A stretch of 64,000 nucleotides of DNA from an uncultured Acidobacteriota bacterium (GCA_963809485.1 CAWEJX010000020.1:1300234-1364233), one strand, 5' to 3'. Positions 37,658 to 50,184 are shown, counted from the first letter of the stretch. Translations and numbers: made by a program. Notes: generated by a model from the sequence alone, not told the origin.

Positions 37658-38259
37658 GATTCCTGCCCTCCCTTTTTGGCCGCCATTGTTTTCTCTACCC
37701 AGGTGGCTCCGGCAAAACCTCCTACGGCGATAAGCACTACGAGGAAGACAACGACTCCATAGGGCATGCGCAGCAGCTCCGGCAGAGTAATCTGCCCCAT
37801 CGGCGTCGCATTGTAAAACCCCTTCAAAATAGGAAAAGCCTCGCCGAAAACGAAGATACCGGCAATGACTCCGGCGAGAAACGCGATTGCGTCAATTTTG
37901 GCGGTCGACACGGCGACACATGCGGTACCGGGACAGTACCCGCCGACTGCGAAGCCGATGCCGAGAATCAGCCCGCCGGCAATTTGCGGGAGCAGATAGG
38001 TGGGCGTGATATATACCAGAGAGACATCCAAAAATCCGATCCAGCCAAGATAGAAGATGCCAAGCATCGCGGTGACGATGGCGGTAAACATGACCTTAAA
38101 TACCGCCAGGTCCGTCAGGTAAAACTGCGCCGTCAGTTTGCGCGCGCTGCCGAAACCTGCCCGCTCCAGGAAGAACCCGAAGCCGATCCCTATCAGGAAT
38201 GCAAGAACAAGGCTAAGGCTGTCCCCGAATAGTCCGAATTTGAAGAATGGTGCGCTCAT
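37654..38259 (-). CDS. YeeE/YedE (thiosulfate transporter-like) protein 2
   Basis: GFGFFLERAGF, GGYCPGT; ATGA overlap with the upstream gene. Confidence 0.85.
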   Translation of the reverse strand: MSAPFFKFGLFGDSLSLVLAFLIGIGFGFFLERAGFGSARKLTAQFYLTDLAVFKVMFTAIVTAMLGIFYLGWIGFLDVSLVYITPTYLLPQIAGGLILGIGFAVGGYCPGTACVAVSTAKIDAIAFLAGVIAGIFVFGEAFPILKGFYNATPMGQITLPELLRMPYGVVVFLVVLIAVGGFAGATWVEKTMAAKKGGQES

Positions 38260-38838
38260 TTCCATTGCCTCCTCACAAACCATGCCGTGGCATAAGCGCC
38301 CGCAAAGACACACATCATAAACGCCCAACTGCCTACGCCGAGCAACGCCCCGCCGGTCAGAGGCTTGACCGCTCGTGCAACCGCGCGCGAGCTTGGCCCC
38401 GATCCCCATGAGCACTCCGCCGATGAAGGCGAATATCAAACGCCACCTGTTGGTGATAGAAGGTCCCCGTTCAATAGACTTTGCTATCCTCCCCGCCAGG
38501 GCTCCTGAGATTAAACCTCCCGCGAAAACGCCTATGACTTCGAAAACCAGCCAATCCATCAGCGGATTTTTGGTCCCATCGCCGAGATACTCCGCATAAA
38601 ACTCGTTTGCGCCGGTATGTGCCGGGGCCACCGCGTGTGCGACCGAGGCGACCAGTGAACTGAAAGCACCCGATGCCCCGAGACCACGCCCCATAATCAC
38701 GAAGGCGGCAAGAAGAACCAGGCCCAAGCCAAAACCTGCGGCGTATGGATTGGAGTAAGGTTTGGGACCGAGCGCAGTTTCATCCCTTGTCCGTGTGCCA
38801 GCACCCTCAATTGCGGATGAATTCACTTCTGTGTTCAT
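38256..38838 (-). CDS. YeeE/YedE protein 1 (frameshift near 38360)
   Basis: GLGASG, GAKLARGCTSGQA; the true C-terminus ...AWFVRRQWK* lies in another frame. Confidence 0.8.
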
Positions 38839-38850
38839 GAGGTGTTCTCC

Positions 38851-39811
38851 TTACTTCAGCGTGGAGATCATGTTCCAGTGACTTGCCTGACCCGCGTACA
38901 CAATCACCAGGCGGAGAATAAAACCGCCGGCGATAACCATGATCGGAGCAACCGGCGTGTGCCGGATCCGGTGACTCACCGCTAACGACTGAATGAACAG
39001 CGGGATCACAATTCCCAGGCAAACAACGAAAACCAGAAATACGGGAGCAAATGGGCCATTAAGGATCAGCTTTGCAGCGTTAATGTGAACCTCAGTTGAA
39101 CTGAGCAGGCCCGTAATAAACAGGAAGATGACGAGAAGCTCTGTACCCAGAAATCCGTTGTCGGCTTTAGCAAGCAAAACTCGTTCATAGGGATCTCGCG
39201 CGATCAAGTGCACGAATGCAGCTGCGGTGGAAAGGCCGGAGACAAGGAATAGCGGACCCAGCAGAGCGCTGTTCCATAGCGGACGCGCGCCCAAAGCGCT
39301 TAAAAGAATCCCCGTATAAATACCCAGCATGGCGCCCAGGACCATATTCGAGATGCCGATGAATTTAACCAGAGCCGCATTTTCCAGCGATTTTTCGACG
39401 AGCACTCTTAACGGACGGGAAGAAAGCTTTCAAAGGCTCCGGCAGGCGCAAGAACAACGCAGCGAGAAGCGCCGGATACACCAGCAATAGAATCCATGCC
39501 CCCCAGGACATCGGAGAAGCCGGCTTGAACGTGAGATACATACGCCAGAAATACCACTTGTGCTCCAGATCCAAAAACAAAGCCAGCATCCCGAGACTCA
39601 ACAAAACCATGCATAAACCCGGAAGGAGGGCGCAGGAGCAACTAAGTTCTTTGTGGCGTCCCTTGAACAGGAAATAGCCGAGGATAATCATCATCCCGGC
39701 CACCATTCCCCCAAGGAAGAGATAAATCGCAATCTCGACTCCCCAGACCTTGAGCAGCGGATCAACCAACTCATTATGCCGGGTTGTGACCAGTTCGCGG
39801 ATCGGATTCAC
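38851..39811 (-). CDS. psrC: NrfD/PsrC membrane anchor subunit (one frameshift)
   Basis: WG.EIAIYLFLGG, LFLDLEH, SPMSWGAWIL, YTGILL...ARPLWNS. Confidence 0.85.
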
Positions 39812-39840
39812 AGGTTCTCACTCCGGGGAAATACTTCCGT

Positions 39841-40381
39841 TCAATCCAGGTACCATATCTGCGGCTTCGTTCCGGCCGAATCGATCAAAACGTGGCTACG
39901 CCGCTCATTAAGCAGGCGGGAGACCTCGCTGTTGGCATCTTCCAGGTCGCCGAAATGCATGCAGTGTGTCGGGCAGACCGAAACACACGCCGGATCCACG
40001 CCTTTCTCGACCCTGTGAATGCAGAAAGTGCATTTATCCACGATAACCCTCCGGATGGACAAAGCGCGCATCGTAGGGACAGGCTGCCATGCACGCTTTG
40101 CATCCCACGCATTTTTCATGATAGACAAGCACCACGCCACCGCGCTCGTGGACATGGCTGGCACCGCAGGGACAGCAATAGACGCACGGCGGGTTATCGC
40201 AATGATTGCAGCGCTCACTTCGGATCTCGGTGAGCAGCGTGGGGTACTGCCCCTTCGTGTCGTAGACAATCCAGTCGCGATCGAAGCCTTGCGGGACCTG
40301 ATTCTCGGTCTTGCAGGCCACAACGCAATCCATGCAGCCCACACATTTCTTTGTATCGATGACCATGCCGTAACGGGCCAC
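39841..40381 (-). CDS. psrB: 4x[4Fe-4S] electron-transfer subunit (one frameshift)
   Basis: [50 protein letters not shown]. Confidence 0.88.
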
Positions 40382-40383
40382 GC

Positions 40384-42589
40384 TTATGCCTCCTCGAGCT
40401 CGAAGGTCACGAAGTTGACGTTCATCCCGGTTCCACCCATGAGCGGGTCCGTTGCGTATTTGGTGATCAGCTGGGCGTCGCTCGCTCCCTTGCCGAAAGC
40501 GTGCTTGAGTCCTTTAGAGGTATGGCCAAAGCCATGGACCATGTAAACGCAATCAGGGCGGATTCGCTCGGTCACCCGGACTCGAACACGATTGCTGACA
40601 GCCTTGTCCTGGTTTTTCAAGCGGACGTATGCTCCGTTTGGAGATGCCATGTTTTTTGGCGGTATCCGGGTGCACCCACAGGTCGTTTTCGCGCATCGCC
40701 TCCGAAAGGATCGGATTCGATTGAGTCCTGCTGAATGAGTGCACCGGGGCGCGGCCGTAGAGCAGCCGGAGATAGCCGGCAGGGCCATTCGGAGGACGGG
40801 TGTATTGCGGCACCGGAGACTAAGCCCGCTTTCTCCAAGCTGTAGGGAATAAAATTCAATCTTCCCGGATGGAGTGGCAAACTTATCGGGAGCACCTTCA
40901 TCGAAATAAGACCGGCGCTTTGGAACCAAGGATGATGCCCTTTTTCTTCAATTCATCGAAGCTCAAGCCCGCCGCTGAAAGCCGGCGATTCAGATATTCC
41001 TCGATGTCTTTCCAGGGGAAATAGCTCCCCAATCCCAGCTTCCCGGCCAGCGCGCGCGCAATCCACCAATTGGGTTTCTGATCGTGAGGAGGACTGACAA
41101 CAGGCTGGCGCAAGGCGACAAACGGTTCGCGGAACCACTCGACATTCAGGTCGTCGTATCGCTCGAGATAGACGCGACTCCGGCAGAACGACATCCGCCC
41201 AGCCGGCAATTTCGCTCGGGATCACATCCACGACCACCATGAGGTCAAGGTTCTGCATCGCCCGAATGGTTTCCTGCGCGTTGGGCAACGCTTCCATCAG
41301 GTTGGTCGCATAGACAAACCATCCCTTGATAGGATATGGCTTTCCCGTGATGGTCGCCTCGCGAATTCCCGTGGTGATTGCTTCGTCGGCGAAAGGGTAT
41401 TTGTTTCCAGGATTGTCGGCTTTTTCTTTTTGCGGTTTTGGATACGCGGGATAGGGATATCCTGGAACGTTCATGTTTGCCGGGTAATAGAATCCGCCTT
41501 TGCGCCCCCAGCTGCCCAGCAAAGCGTTCAACAGCGCGATTGCCCTGCTCCTCTGCGCGTCATCGCCATACCATGTGACGTGTCGGCCCGGGTGCACGAG
41601 CGTTGGCGGGCTTATAGCGCGCCATCTCTCTCGCAGTCGAACGGATTAATTCGGGCTCAATGCCTGTCTCCGGGTATGCCCATTCCGGGGTGAAGGCCGA
41701 AACAGAAGCGGCAAACCGGTCGAAGCCAAACCCGTATTTCGCGACATATTCCTTGTCGTAAAGACTCTCATGAACCAGAACATTCATCCAGGCGAGGAGG
41801 AGCGCAAGGTCCGTCCCGGGGCGAATCGGGAGGTAATATTTCGCTTTGCCTGCTGCGATTGAGAACCGCGGGTCGACAACGATGATGCTCGCTCTCTTGT
41901 CGATCGCTTCGGCGAACTCCTGCACCTGGGTGTTGTGCATGTTTTCGCCCAGGTGTGATCCGATCAGCACGAGACAAGAGGCGTTGCGGATATCCGTTCT
42001 TTCCGGCGAGCTGACGTCTTCTCCGAATGTAAGGTTGAAGCCGACATCTCTCGGGCCGCGGCACTGGGCAAATGAAGGGGCCGCGATGTTGATCGCACCA
42101 TACGATTTCAAGGTATGCCTGAGAAAATTTCCACCGATGCCGTGGGAGACAGGGCTAGAGACTCGGGGCCGTAGTCGGCCTTTATCTTTTGCATCTTCTC
42201 CGCAATGCAATTGAGCGCTTCATCCCAGGTTACGCTAATCCATTCCTCATCACCGCGTTTGAGTCTGCGCATGAGAGGAGTCCGCAGCCGGTCCGGATCG
42301 TAATGGGCGCCGATACCGCCGGTACCTCTCGGGCACAGCCTTCCGCGGCTGAGGGGGTCCGGGGATTTCCCTCTATTTTCCAGAGCGCGCCGTCCTTTAC
42401 GTAGGCGATAGCTCCGCACTTCCAGAAGCAGATGTCACAAAAGGTTGGGATCTTCCGAATACCGAACGCGGAGGCATTCTGCTTGCGAATCAGCGCATTA
42501 GCTGCCGCCGTGACCGCGGTAGCGCCCGCCGCAGCCCCAACAGCTGCGCCTGAGATTTTCAAGAACTTCCGACGTGAATAGAGGTTCAT
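40384..42589 (-). CDS. psrA: Polysulfide/thiosulfate reductase-like molybdopterin subunit (at least six frameshifts)
   Basis: Tat [16 protein letters not shown]...LCPRG, Cys-ligand region [22 protein letters not shown]. Confidence 0.85.
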
Positions 42590-43226
42590 AGCAGCCCGGA
42601 TTGTAAATACGAATAGGCTTGGACGCTTCGCTCAGTATCATACTATATCTGGATCAAAAGATGAATCTCCGGAACTAAATACCTGATTGAGTAAGGTAAA
42701 AATAATCAGGCGAGCTACAAGCAGCCAAAACAAATGAGCTATCGGAGCCAAGTTCGGCTATACCATTCCTAAGGCCAAATGGTTAGCTGCTCAGTTTGAA
42801 GATAATTATCTGGCAATATGGATCAGAAATACGGTTGGAAGCGGTCAACAAACAAACCGTCAAGATCCGGTTTCATTGCAAGCCGCAGGGATGAATCGCA
42901 GTAAGGTATGCTTGCTACTCTCACCGCGATGAAACGACATCCTAAAAGGAATGACTATGGTAACGCGATCCCGAATCTGGAGAGTAGTTGTCTTTGCAGC
43001 GGGTTTTACGTGTCTCGTTGTGGCAAGGGCACAGCTTTTTTTCCTTGGTGATTATGTCCTCCCCCCTATCATTCTTGAATTTGATTTCGCATACAGAAAA
43101 TAATGACCGCGCCTCCGATCGATTACCTGTAATCCGTGAGGATGTGATCTCCCCCTCAAAAAATCCTCACTTTTTGTTATACTCACAGACTTCGTGAGTA
43201 TAATGCGCAATGAAACGGGGGGGGGA

Positions 43227-43805
43227 ATGAGGACTCTAATCTGCTTTGCTTTCCTATGCTGTTCAATGCAAACGTTTTCCCAGGATAATTCCGGGCCTTT
43301 TGGATTTGAAGCTGGAATGACAAAGCAACAAATCATTGAGATCGTCGGGGGCGGTGCGATAAAGGAATTAAACGGGGATACTACTATTTTCACCAATGCA
43401 CCCAAAGCCGATCCTAATTTTGAGTCTTATGCTTTGAGATTTTCTCCTGAAAATGGGTTGTTGAAAATTGTGGCTATGAGCAAAAACATAAACACCAACG
43501 GCTTTGGAAATGAACTGAAGAGTACATTCAAAGACATTAGAGCCGCCCTTGTTAAAATCTATGGCAGACCGATTCACGAAATGGATCTCCTCAATAATGG
43601 AAGTATCTGGACGGGGCCAGAGGACTGGATGACAGGACTGCTAAAAGGAGATCGCATCTTCGGCTGTAATTGGATAGATATCCCCCTCCCTAATAGAATC
43701 AGCGTTATACGCATTGATGTGACTGCTAAATCAAAAGAGATTGGTTGTTTATATCTAAGCTATGAATTTGAGGGATATACCGCGTACATGAAAGCAAAAA
43801 AATGA
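43227..43805 (+). CDS. Exported hypothetical protein, AT-rich
   Basis: Signal peptide, GPFGFEAGMT, 192-aa intact ORF. Confidence 0.65.
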   Translation: MRTLICFAFLCCSMQTFSQDNSGPFGFEAGMTKQQIIEIVGGGAIKELNGDTTIFTNAPKADPNFESYALRFSPENGLLKIVAMSKNINTNGFGNELKSTFKDIRAALVKIYGRPIHEMDLLNNGSIWTGPEDWMTGLLKGDRIFGCNWIDIPLPNRISVIRIDVTAKSKEIGCLYLSYEFEGYTAYMKAKK

Positions 43806-43854
43806 GAAGACGCAAAGATATTTTTTGGGTCCCTCATAACTTATTGATAGTAAA

Positions 43855-43895
43855 GTGGGCCCCGTAGGACTCGAACCTACGACCCGCTGATTATG
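43855..43895 (-). mobile_element. 3' fragment of a tRNA with CAT anticodon (Ile2-like), putative att site
   Basis: Reverse complement CATaatcagcgggtcgtaggTTCGAgtcctacggggcccac. The 5' half is absent and CCA is incomplete. Confidence 0.75.
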
Positions 43896-43990
43896 GGTTA
43901 CTGCATCTCCTAATTTTAAATCCCTTACCAGAATTCTGTTGAACAGATGCGAACGCTCCCGAATCGAGATACTTTCGGAGGCAGGTCGTT

Positions 43991-45774
43991 TTACCTCCAC
44001 ATATCCACGGATGCCGATGCCAGGCAAAAGAAGTCCCCAGCCATCCAAAATGCATCCGTTCCCCCTCCAACTACTACTATCTCAACCGGAGCATCTTGTA
44101 GAATAAGTGGCCGTGGTGATTTTGCTTCTGGTGGAAGTTTCAGCAAAGACGCAAATGGTTCAATCCCTGCTCTGCCAGATTCCAGATCATCGGGCATAGC
44201 TGCCCAATAGTTCCAGAGAGTCATATGGGTATTTTCCTTGAGCCATTGGCTTAACTTCTCCTTACTTTCGAAGCCTTCATTTTTAAGATCTTTTGCCGTT
44301 ATAGGACTTAGTAAAAAAGCAGCTTGAGTTCCAGGATTTATTCCAGGAGTGTGATGCGTGCCGGCTCCACTGGTTTCAAAACTTGTCAATTGCTGCTTCA
44401 TTATTTCGTGATGTGGATGCGGTTTATAGGCAGCATAGTTCAGCAGACTCCATCCGGTAAGAATGCTGACAACGCTTTCTTCAGGCTTAAAGCCCTTTTG
44501 TAAATGAAAGGGACTCCATCCTTCAGGCAGCGCCTCCTCATTCTCTGCGAAACACATATTATTGTAGTTACAGTTATTGCCTATATCGCCCAGATAGGTT
44601 TCGCCCAGTTTCGCTCCTCCGAGATTTTTGGATATGAGCGTCCAAGCCCTTCCGATGACGGCATTGGCCTGATTAAAGGGGCCCAGTGCACCGAGTCCAC
44701 AATTCATATTCATCTCTTTGCGCATAGGTCCGTTAGCAATGACCATTCTGGTGAAGGAGGTTGCGGAACTGAACAGCGAAGTAATCCCTGTCGATGCTAT
44801 GGCCAGTATTGCCGGCAAATGCTCTGCTTTGGCTCCCGCCATCACTGCATTGATGGCAACGTGCTCCACAGTGTATCCCCAGGCTTCGTGGGGAGGGGAG
44901 GGTTGCATAGCTATCGGGGAATACTCTGCTTTATCTCCTCTGATCACCGCTCGAGCACCAAGACGCGCTACGGATTGCTCCCAGGCGTCGTGGGGAGGAA
45001 TGGGTTGCATCCTGCCGATAACTTCATCCGGTCTATGGGATGTTCCCTTGAGCATCTCGGCTACTCTCTCTTCTGTGGGAAGTACTATCGGCAGATAGTC
45101 GGTCCATCCCTTTTCGAGAAAAATGCGCTCCAAATCCTCTGGAGTACCAGGCTCCAGTTGCCTCGGCGCCGGTCTTTCTATGGTCCCCGTCTTCTTTTCC
45201 TCATCCGTGGTCGGTTTGGTCAACGCCTCCACGATTTCTTCCAGGACGGGCTTGCCGCTTATCGGATCGCGACCCTCCAGATATCCCCGGTGCACCTCGA
45301 ATGGCCTATTTGCAAAAGGATGGGGCACAAAAGTAAATCGCAAATTGGGCATGCCCTTCTTGTATGCAAAGTTACTTATAAGCTCTGGAAACGCATCCGT
45401 AACAACAGGTGCCGTAGGCACACCTGATTTCTCCAATATCGAGCAGAAGATGGTCAACTGACGGCGCACAGGTATCCAGCTGACCAATACCCATTATGGC
45501 GCCATCGCCCTCTTTCCTTGATCTCAGCCCAAAGCTGCGGGTCATTGTGAAAGTAGGTACCTATCTTGGTCCTGAGTATCCAGGTCGTGCTCGGGTATCT
45601 GTTGGCGAGCAGTCTCTGCATTTCCTCAAAGAACGGATGTGTTCGAGGAAAATTTACGTCTACGATATATATTGTCTTGCCCTCCAGGGAATCAAGTCGG
45701 GGCGCCATAGGCATTAGTTGTATCGGAGAAGGCGTGCCTCGCGGACTCAAGACGGTAATCTTCTCACTTGCCAT
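43991..45774 (-). CDS. UGSC-family-like two-domain protein, paralog 1 (two indels near 45455-45510)
   Basis: MAPRLDSLEGK, GIGQLDTC, LEK.GVP, VPHP, GWTD.LPIVLPTEERV..ML, VAINAVMAGA, N..IGRA. Confidence 0.75.
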
Positions 45775-46093
45775 GTTGATCGATGCCTCCTTGTTTTTTT
45801 CGCGACACGGTTTTCACAAAACGAATCCGGGGTTTCGTCCCCGGAGACGACCGGCGGCGTCAACCGCAATGTCTCTAACAGCAACCATGCTGTTTACCCC
45901 TAATCTACTGCTTTGCCAGCGCCATGGCAAGGATTCAAGCCGTCTTTAACCTCCAGATTTCTCGTTTTTCACCGAAGAATCTCGCCTGACATTCGCCTCG
46001 GTAGATCGGAGGAGGAAATGGTGACATAATACTCCCCGGCATTATGACTTCCGCTTATATTCCTTAAACGCCTGTTCAAAAAGGGGTGGAAAA

Positions 46094-47865
46094 ATGAAAC
46101 CAAGCGTGTCACTGGTGTGTTTCAACCCGCAGGGCAGCATTGAGGTTCCAGCAGCTTCAGGGCTCATCAACCCTCGTATGAATAATTTGGAAGGTAAGAA
46201 GATCGCAATAATCTGGGATGGCAAGAAAGGCGGGGACAAGTTCTGCATAGCGGTTGAAGAACTACTGAAAGAAAGGTATCCGACGGCGACAACCATGCGG
46301 CTGGTTTGGGGAGATGCCGAGGCGGCGGCGAAAGCAAAAAAGGAAATGGACACCTTTATCTATGGCGTCGCCGACAACGGGATGGGAGGATGGATTCAGT
46401 GCCGGCAGGTAATCGCGCTGGAAAAACTCGGCAAACCTGGGGTTTTCGTGATTGGTGATAATGCCGCTCATACTTCCAGGATGTCGGTTGAGGATGCAGG
46501 AATGCCGGCAGTCCGGATCGTAGCTCTGCCCTCCATTGATTATTATCCCAACAGGTCGACTGTGGAAAATATCAGGCCTGTTGCGGAAGCATCCTTGGAC
46601 CGCATTATCGACGCGCTTACCAGGCCCCTTACAGCGGAAGAGAAAAGTCCGCCGGTCAAGGATCACAAAAAGACAGCGCAAATGATTGAGATTACCGCGG
46701 AGAGTTATGAGTCCGCCCTCGAATCTTTCAACACAGCTTTACCTCGACAACCACTGGGGCGATGGGTTGCCCCTGATTCCTCCCACGGAGATTGCCGTCA
46801 AACGGATGTTGGAAGGGACCAGGCGGTCTCCTGATGAAGTTATCGGCCGAGTGCCGTATCGAAACGGCATCGCCACAGTTGAAAAAATAGCCGTGAATGC
46901 AGTCATGGCGGGCGCCAGACCGGAATATTTTCCGGTGATACTGGCGGCCATGGAATGCCTGACAGAAGAGAGCACCTACACTCACATGATGAGCTCGGAA
47001 GGTTCATTCACCCTTATGATAATGGTATCCGGACCTCTCGCTGGGGAAATAAACATGAACTCGGGCGTAGGTTTGCTGGGCCATGGCTGGCAAGCCAACA
47101 ATACCATTGGTCGCGCAGTAAGGCTGAGCTTGATAAATATCGGATGCCTTTGGCCGGGCGAGATCGATATGGCGCTTATTGGCCGCCCGTCCTCGCATAC
47201 CTTCTATACTTTCGCTGAAAACATGGAGCACAGCCCCTGGGAAACATTTAATGAGGGCCTGGGATATCGACCGGAAGACAGCTGCGTAACGGTGTCCACG
47301 GTTACAAGCGTGGGCGCCGGCATGGCAATGAAGTTATTTGGCGGAGGAGTGGTCGAACCATGGGATGTGAATGCGGTTCTTAACGACATGGTGATGGATG
47401 TCGCCGGCGATCGCGGCACATTCGCTCAATACAAAGTCGGAGTGGCGAATCCCGCTCGCCCATCTCAGAAAACACATCATCGTGGTTCACCCTGAACTGG
47501 CTGTCATGCTGCATCGCCGGGGCTTCAAAAGCAAACAAAGCCTGCGGGATTACATCTACGAGAGCACAAAGGTACCGTACGAAGAACTCACTGAACAGGA
47601 AATACAGGGTATACACGATAGGATGAACACCAAACCTTCCGACATCGACATATTCTTTGCCCATGACGCCATCCCTGAAAATCGCTTGCCGGTGCTAAAG
47701 GAATCCCTCAAGCCGGGAGGAAAGGTTCCCGTCATAAATCCCGAAGACATCCATATCGTGGTATCCGGCAGCATCCCCGGCTATTCTTTCGGCATGACCT
47801 ATTTCCGCACGGCGCACAAAACGAAGCTGATAACAGGGGCTACACTGACTAAATCAGGCCGATAG
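46094..47865 (+). CDS. UGSC-family-like two-domain protein, paralog 2 (two frameshifts)
   Basis: PRMNNLEGK, GVADNGMG, LEKLGKP, WGDGLPLIPPT, TVEKIAVNAVMAGARPEYFPVI, NNTIGRA. Confidence 0.75.
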
Positions 47866-48017
47866 GAGACGGCTGGAGCATTTTTTAGAAGGACAGGAAA
47901 AACCAGAAGGTTTAATCGCAACTGCGGGCCGATTATTGTGGGCCGCGAAAATGCCGCCCGGATCGATAATTCCGGCGGCGATTTTCGCGGCGCGCCATGA
48001 TTCGTGATTCAGGGATT

Positions 48018-49051
48018 TCATTCTTTAGGCCGGATTCCTTTTGAGTAATTCACCCGGCCTACATAGAATTCCTCCTCGGGTTCGCGAGGCGTTACGCCGG
48101 CGGCTTTCAGGCCGGCTCTCATGGCATCCTTAAAATTTTGAAATAGAAACGTCGTCGGCTTCCTGAACATGCCTCCGTTTCCGCCGGTCAGCCACTGCAT
48201 GTACTTCATTCCCAGCATGCCGCACTGAAACGCGGCATCTCGGGCGCCCAGTATGATCGGCGCCAGCTCCCAATATAATTCCATGCCCTCGGAGAACTCC
48301 CCTTGGGCGAACAGATTGAACATGCGGACTATTCTAGGATTTTCTTCGGTCTCATCGTCGAATATGACATAGTCGGCCGGTCCCGCCCATTGCTGTCCAT
48401 ATTTGGCGACGGTAATCGGCCATTCCGCCATCTCCGCCGCCTGAAGCAATACCTGATCACCGACACGATGGTGAACATCGGCCCACTTCCCAATGCCGTC
48501 ATTGAGGTATGCCTTTATGGCGACCACATTCGGTATCTGACAAATCCTCTCTATCAGCGCCGGGTTGAACAAACTAGGATGGAATCTTCCGAAGTCGTAA
48601 AAGGGCTTGGGCCAAAGGTCGACGGCCAGGTTGATGGAGTCGCATATCTTTTTGGTAACCCGGTAAATGTCTTCCTCTGATTTGGCATAAAAATTTCCCG
48701 GCCAACCCAATAAAGTATGGGTTCCGCCCACGCTCTCAAAATAATTCAGCAATTCATATCGATCGTTCGGCATCGTCGAGGGCGCCGAACATGGAAACCA
48801 GGACCTTTGCCTTTGGCCTCCTCACAGACTATTTTTACGAACTGCTTTCGCTCTTCACCGCTCAAAGGGCAGACTTCAACGGCGCAAAATACGCTGAACA
48901 CGCCTTTGCGGATGTTGTGCCGGACATCATGCCTGATCCCTTCCTCATCCAGTTTTTCCAGGTCCGGAGTATACGATGGCTGAATTACGCCGTCCAATCC
49001 GAGGTAATGTTTCTTGGCCCATTCCTTTGCTTCTGATTTCGTGAATTCCAT
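48018..49051 (-). CDS. DapA-like class I aldolase/lyase, paralog 1 (frameshifted)
   Basis: LDEEGIRHDV, EERK, Schiff-base Lys in IPNVVAIK. Confidence 0.8.
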
Positions 49052-49116
49052 AAGCATCTCCTTGTATAGGTGATGGTGCCCGCCCCAAAGAAGTATCTTC
49101 AATCGTCGGTCAAACA

Positions 49117-50163
49117 TCATATTTCATTAAGCCTGTATCCCTTTGCGTAGTTGACACGACCTACATAAAACTCCTCCTCCGGTTCGCGCGGGGTGATGCC
49201 TACGGCTTTCAGGCCTGCTCTGATGGCATCTTTCTGATAATCATGCAGGCGTCCCGTGGGTTGCCGCACTATGCCTCCGTTGCCCCCGGCGCACCAGTGA
49301 GCGTATTTATCCGTAAGAGCCGTCACAATGCCGGTATGAAAGTAGGAATCCGCCAGCGATCCCGGAAGGGCCCGGACGTGGCCAGTTCCCAGAAGAGATC
49401 CATAGCCTTATCTATTTCTCCTTTTGTTAGAAGGTCAAACATTCTTACCATCCGCGGATTTTCCGGAGTTTGCATGCAATAAAAGGGACCGGCACCGGCC
49501 CACTGCTGTCCATATTGCGGAATGGTGAAAAACCATCTGTCCGGCATCGGGTCACTCACGAGGATTTGATCGCCGCAAAGCCGAAAAGCCTGAACAGTTA
49601 TACGCCACCGAGCTGCCGCCGGCGACCTTCATCGCCACTACGTTGGGTATTTCAGCAATCCGGCGCATGACATCCGGAGGAAAATAGCTCGGATGGAAAT
49701 GCCACGTGTGCAAGCGTGCCGGGATAGAACGTAACCGCCAGGTTGGTGGAATCGCACATATATTTGTACATGCGGAAAATATCTTCTTCCGACCGGGGAT
49801 AATACTGCACGGGATGCCCAAGTGTGACATGAGTGCCGCCGACCTTTTCGATATGATGCAGCATCTCAATATCCTGTTCGACCGTATCCTGTAACACGGT
49901 TGCGGAAGAATGCATTTTGCCTCTGGCTTCGTCGCAGACTATCTCCACGAACTTCTTCCGTTCCTCGAATGTCATGCCGCAGGACCTCGGGCGCAGCCAA
50001 TAGCTGAAGTAAAGCCATTGGCGTGAATATGATTGACATCGAAGCGGATGCCTTCTTCATCCAATTCTTTCAGGTCTGGAGTAAAGGATGGAAAGATCGG
50101 CACTTCAAGACCTTTCATGGTATTCTTTGCCCACAATTTGGCTTCTGATCTTGTGTATTCCAT
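49117..50163 (-). CDS. DapA-like class I aldolase/lyase, paralog 2 (several frameshifts)
   Basis: LDEEGIRFDV, EERK, IPNVVAMK; shares the C-terminal TPREPEEEFYVGRVNY with paralog 1. Confidence 0.78.
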
Positions 50164-50184
50164 CGCATTCACCTCCATTGGGTA

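Noticed and set aside
37654-38838. 394-aa fused YeeE protein in the track
   Set aside because: The junction peptide is nonsense. An indel near 38360 joins two genes that otherwise show a normal ATGA overlap at 38256-38259
40384-42589. Programmed frameshifting or phase variation in psrA
   Set aside because: Too many breaks, with no common slippery motif, and the same pattern affects most neighbouring genes
42780-42800. tagctgctcagtttgaa as a mobile-element end
   Set aside because: No partner copy or transposase in the window, so it cannot be supported
23661-43895. The two tRNA fragments as attL/attR of one 20-kb island, or as functional tRNA genes
   Set aside because: They derive from different tRNAs (ACG versus CAT) and are not direct repeats, and both lack the 5' half
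45454-45490. TGA ending ORF 45454-45774 as a selenocysteine codon
   Set aside because: The TGA is out of frame with the conserved motif and arises from indels. The motif position itself is CTG (Leu)
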